Source: Camelus dromedarius (Eukaryota). From it: DNA of 64,000 nt. The position numbers and the translations under genes were made by a program. The stretch lies in the NCBI RefSeq assembly GCF_036321535.1, contig NC_087437.1:29018001-29082000 (forward strand), given 5' to 3'. The notes beneath the pieces are model-generated. The model was not told the DNA's origin. It did no database searches and saw only the letters and a list, made by a program, of their open reading frames with translations. Shown here piece by piece: positions 59,714 through 64,000 of the stretch (position 1 is its first letter; each line of letters opens with the position of its first letter).

Positions 59714-61329
59714 GGAAATATAAATTTTAAAGTAAACTATGTATTATAAATATCAGCCCTGTATTGACAGGGATTGTGTCTCTTTGGTTTACCTTTGAAT
59801 ACTGTCTTACACAGTTTCATAAATTGTTACAAAATGAATAACAAAATGATACAGATACATTGCAGAACATTCAGAAAATGCAAATAAGCAAAAAAATTAA
59901 TCTGTAATCCCAACATGCTGTATTTTGATATGTGCCATTTCAGTCTTTAATAAACCTTTTCTTGCATACACGCACAAGATAATTCTTGATTATTTTGTAG
60001 AGCTTTTCCACTTAGAATTTTCCCATGTCAAAGAGTACTTGTCTGCAACAATAATTCTTCCCTTTTATAACATCATATACTCTTTCATGATCAATTTTAG
60101 TGTACATTTTATAAATAAAATCTATGCTGATGGCAAAGTCATGCTCTGTATAGATGTTTGAAACTGTATCATGTTAAAATGTAAAATGGTCTCATATTTC
60201 TATATCTGTAATCCAAAATTTATCATCTGAAATTCTAACATTAGCAGTATTTGAAAAACAATCTTGCTCTTAGCAGATATAAGAATGAGTAAATTAAGTA
60301 AATATTTATGTAAGAGTAAGTTTGTTAAGCAATGAGGATGTGATGTCTCCTCTCCTGTCTTTGTTTAGATGTTACTCAGAGGACTTGCCTTCTGTTTTGT
60401 TTTGATTCGTTGAATCAGTTTGTATTAATTATGTTGTTTTCAGTTTACAAATTGCACTGCTCCAGGTCTTTTGAGATCTGAATTTAAAAATGCATGTTTA
60501 AAATATCATAGCAAATTTATCCTCATCCTAACACCACATAATTTGAAAGCTTTGCATTTCTATTCTAGAGCCAGTGGACTATTTCTGTTAACAAGAGGGA
60601 TAAGAGGAAGCCAAAATAGATACGCCTTTTTTTTTTTTATTAAATGTTCAAACTTTCAAGCTTCAATACACTGTGTTATACAGGGAAGATGGCTTTTCAG
60701 GTCTCCCTTTAATTAGTTGAAAATGGAAAAGTTAATTACATATAATTATAACTTTGCTTGAGTACAGGACTTCCATAACACTGACAGTAGATACAGAACC
60801 GTTCTTTTACTCATAGGTATGCTGATTTAGCCTGCGATATCCCTGGAGGGGTTTTGTGGTGATATTTTAGATGACATTAACCGAGTTCTATAGACCTGTC
60901 AACCAAACCATACAAACAGTAAAAAAATATTTTAAACTTAAAAAACAATTTTTTTCTTTATGATTCAGATCTGATTCTGTGAATGACTCCTGATAACCCC
61001 CAATGCCTTACATATCAGAGCTTCTACTTTTTATAAGCAGCAATTTCATAGAAACCTTCAAGGGGCAATGGTATTGTAGATAGACTTTCTCACTATGATG
61101 CAGATAATTAAGAACAAATAAGAATCATCAAAATGGAACTAGCAGTGGGCACATGGAATATTTGCTCCATAAATATACAGGATAATTACAAAAGTTGTCC
61201 CAAAAATTCATTAATTACAGGAGATGTTAGAAGTACAAAAGACATTTTCTACCCTGAAACAATGCGATGAATCAGCAGGGCCAACGGCTTTTCCCTTGAT
61301 CTTCACATTTCCTAAACTATTACATTTCA

Positions 61330-62020
61330 CTTGATTATTCATCTACTTTTTTTTTTTAATTTCCACATCACAGATACTCAGTGACATTGCACTGCTGGAT
61401 TCTCTTCCTGCTCCCCTCTTTCCTTCAGTGGCTCCTCCTCCAGGTCACGTAATTGTGGGCCACTTCCCAGGCGGGCCCCTTGTCTTCTCTCACATGTTTC
61501 CTCTTAGACAGTCACCCACTCTCTGTCTGTGTGTATCTCTGTTACTGGTTTCCAATTTTTTCTTTCTTTGCTCAGATTCCTGTCACACAATTCAGTCTTG
61601 ACTGCCTGGCTACTCAGGTATTATCTAAAACGTTAACCAGCCTGAAGTGACATAGGAGCCCAGATCTCAGCATATCTGGAGGGAGACTTCCAGAGAGGGC
61701 CGCAAACGTGCTGTTCTGGAAGCCCAGTCTATAACTCGGTTTGTCTGCAGTGGTTGGGGGGGGGGGGCGCAGGGGGAGGATGGAAGACTGGAGCCACATG
61801 ATTTAGGATCTGGTGGGCTATGGATTTTAGGAAGCCTTTGGATTTTATCCTAAATATGGTACCTTTGGAGGGTCAAGCCCTGCAAGTGACAAGTTCTGGT
61901 TACGCTTTTAAAGAATCACTCCGATTGCTGAGTGGAAAATAACAGGAAAGGCAAAGATAGAAGCAGAGAGAACAACCAGGTTGGATGCTCTTGAGCACTT
62001 CCAGGCAGAAGACTGGGAGA
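61330..62020. mobile_element. L2 fragments in both orientations
   Basis: 'ctggattctcttcctgctcccc..cttgactgcctggctactc' and 'ggaagcctttggattttatcctaaa..cttttaaagaatcactccgattgctgagtggaaaat'. Confidence 0.6.
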
Positions 62021-62656
62021 GAATGAACAGTCAGAGCAAAGGCGAGCCCACAAGTGTCTGCCTGACCCATAATATGACCGAGGTTAAGTTACAACGAAAA
62101 ATAAAGAAGTAGGACTTCTGTAATAATAATGAAATAAACCAGAAAAGCAATATCACTTAATGTGATTTCTTATTGATCCTCTGTCTTGATGCTGGTATTT
62201 GAAGGAAAGCTGGTTTTATTAAAAGGAGTTTTGGTGTTAGAGATTTGTGAAATGTCTGTTGGGAACTTCTGGCTACTTTCAGGAGCTTTAGAAGTCAAAG
62301 GAAGTTGGTCTATGTTATAGTTAAACTTCCCCTAATCTCATAACTTTCCTTTTTACTGTAAAAGTGTGGGACTTCTTACCCATGATTAACATTACCTTTA
62401 TCTTTCAGACTGACGAAAGGGGAAAACAGGAGAGCAAAAAGTGTGAGAGGTCTTTCCTGAAGTAAAAGAGAAAGAGTTAGAATAAAACCAGGGGAGGGAT
62501 GAAATTAAAGGGGATATTGTGTACCTGACAGAACACCAGCTAAAGTGGAATTAACTGAGCTGTGAAAGGTGGAAGATAAGGAAATGGAGGACCACAACCT
62601 GGGCATGGCCCGCCTCAGTGAGAAGAAAGAATCAATGTGAAAAAGAAAAAAAAATT

Positions 62657-62770
62657 TCAGAATATGAAAAAGAATATGTGTATATATGTATAACTGAACC
62701 CCTGTATTGTATACCCAGGAACTAATAGAACATTTTAAATCAAAAGAAAAAAATTTAAATTAAAAAAAAA
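62657..62770 (+). mobile_element. Very short L1 3' tip
   Basis: 'gaatatgaaaaagaatatgtgtatatatgtataactgaacccctgtattgtatacccaggaactaatagaacattttaaatcaa' plus A-tail; flanking A-rich 'aaaagaaaaaaa..tttca' repeats. Confidence 0.8.
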
Positions 62771-63600
62771 GAAAAAAATTTTTCAATGATTGGATGTTAA
62801 ATGCTTCACAGATTTGGAGATTAGAGACAGAAAACCATGCAACAGAATTGGAAAATGGCAATTTTAAAAGTCAGAATTTATTGATTTAGACAAACCTTAT
62901 GCTGTGAATTGATTGTCAAGAGATTGCCCTTACTATCTTACAGCTAAATAAAGAGTAGAAAAATCCTGTTTAGGGAACAAAAATTATAGATGCATTCATT
63001 TAAACATATTTCAGCAGGGTTAAGGAATTTTCCACTCCAGAATATACTGAGATATTACCACATACGCTCTAGCAAAGGATAGTTTTCTGAGATCTATTGG
63101 CAAAACACTGTCGTGCTTTAATTTGTGAAGTGTTTACCCTTTTGAAATTAAAGGACATATAATTCTTGGTTTTTTTTTTATAGTAGTCCCCTTTATTATT
63201 TGGTAATATATTCCAAAGTTTACACCTGCTTATATGTGTGTGTGGGTGTGTGTTTTGGGACAGGCCATGTTCTTTTTGGATAGTTTTTAAGTAAGTCTCT
63301 ATTTAACAAATTCCGTGGAATTGTACTTCAGGACTTTAAATGTAAGACTGATAATGAAAATTGAGCTCAAACACATTGATATAAGGTTATCCTCTATGAA
63401 AATATCACCTATACTTTAAATGTCACTACTTCATACTTTATTCAGCATAATTCATTATAAAACAGACAGAAGGCTAAATACATGTTAAAGGTTAAATGCT
63501 TGCATCTGCATTTATAACAGTAAGAAAATTAGTAAGTTTTGAAATAATAAACCAAAAAAATCTATATTTTTATCTTTCCTGGCCAGAGAAATTGTGTTAA

Positions 63601-64000
63601 TGTAACCCAGCAGGACCCTGTCAGGCCTTCCAGATACAGACCTTCCTCATAACCTCTGCTGCAGTTCCTCTCTGAGGTACCCAGATAATAGTATCTCATA
63701 CACATTTCCTGAGTTTTTCAGATGCTAAAAACCACCACCCAATGGAAAAAACTCAACTACCTGATGATCATGAGCAAGTAGCTCCCAAGCCTTTTGGCAC
63801 CTAAGTACTGATCATCATCGACCAACCAGAGAATTGTGCACAGCTGATCACATGCCTGGGGCCGCCCCCTCCATCAACTGGCCTCTACAGAAGCTCAGCT
63901 GAAACCCTTCTGGGAGCTTAGGGCTTCTTTGGGCGTGAGGTATTTGTTCTCCTAGCCTGGCCCTGCAATTAACCTTTCTCTGCCCCCAACTCTGATGTTT
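63601..64000 (+). mobile_element. ERV LTR (ERV1-like), runs off the window edge
   Basis: Starts TGTAAC; abrupt GC increase; LTR-type words ('aaccagagaattgtgcacagctgatcac', 'gaaacccttctgggag', 'ccctgcaattaacctttctctg'). Confidence 0.75.

Noticed and set aside
1150..62770. Plus-strand bias of the larger young L1 copies as evidence for a minus-strand host gene
   Set aside because: Too few elements, and the short and old L1 fragments are on the opposite strand; not statistically meaningful.
1..64000. CRISPR arrays, operons, rRNA, snRNA or pre-miRNA hairpins
   Set aside because: The sequence is mammalian. I saw no regularly spaced repeat-spacer array, rRNA/snRNA similarity or long hairpin, though small structured RNAs could be missed without an Infernal/Rfam search.

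Overview
AT-rich, repeat-rich eutherian (mammalian) genomic DNA, very likely camelid (alpaca/camel). The species inference rests on three copies of a tRNA-Ala-derived SINE of the camelid vic-1 type and on cetartiodactyl-style L1 3' UTRs. I find no intact, recognisable protein-coding gene; the window looks intergenic or deep-intronic. It is dominated by L1 3' fragments (one nested inside another), old L1M/L2/MIR relics, MaLR/ERVL/ERV1 solo LTRs and DNA transposon relics (MER47, MER44/Tigger7, MER20, MER5A). The most distinctive non-repeat object is a ~300 bp CpG-rich insert at ~36070-36365. It ends in the first 16 codons of ATG2B and then stops abruptly, with no poly(A) tail, next to a GTAAGT splice donor. 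Other items of interest are a compact RFX/CRE/ETS/AP-1 promoter-like element at ~7440-7715 with outward-facing splice donors on both strands, low-confidence chains of candidate exons on both strands, and several enhancer/insulator-like motifs. Repeat subfamily names come from recalled consensus sequences, and boundaries of old repeats are approximate. No prokaryotic-type system (CRISPR, operon) is present.
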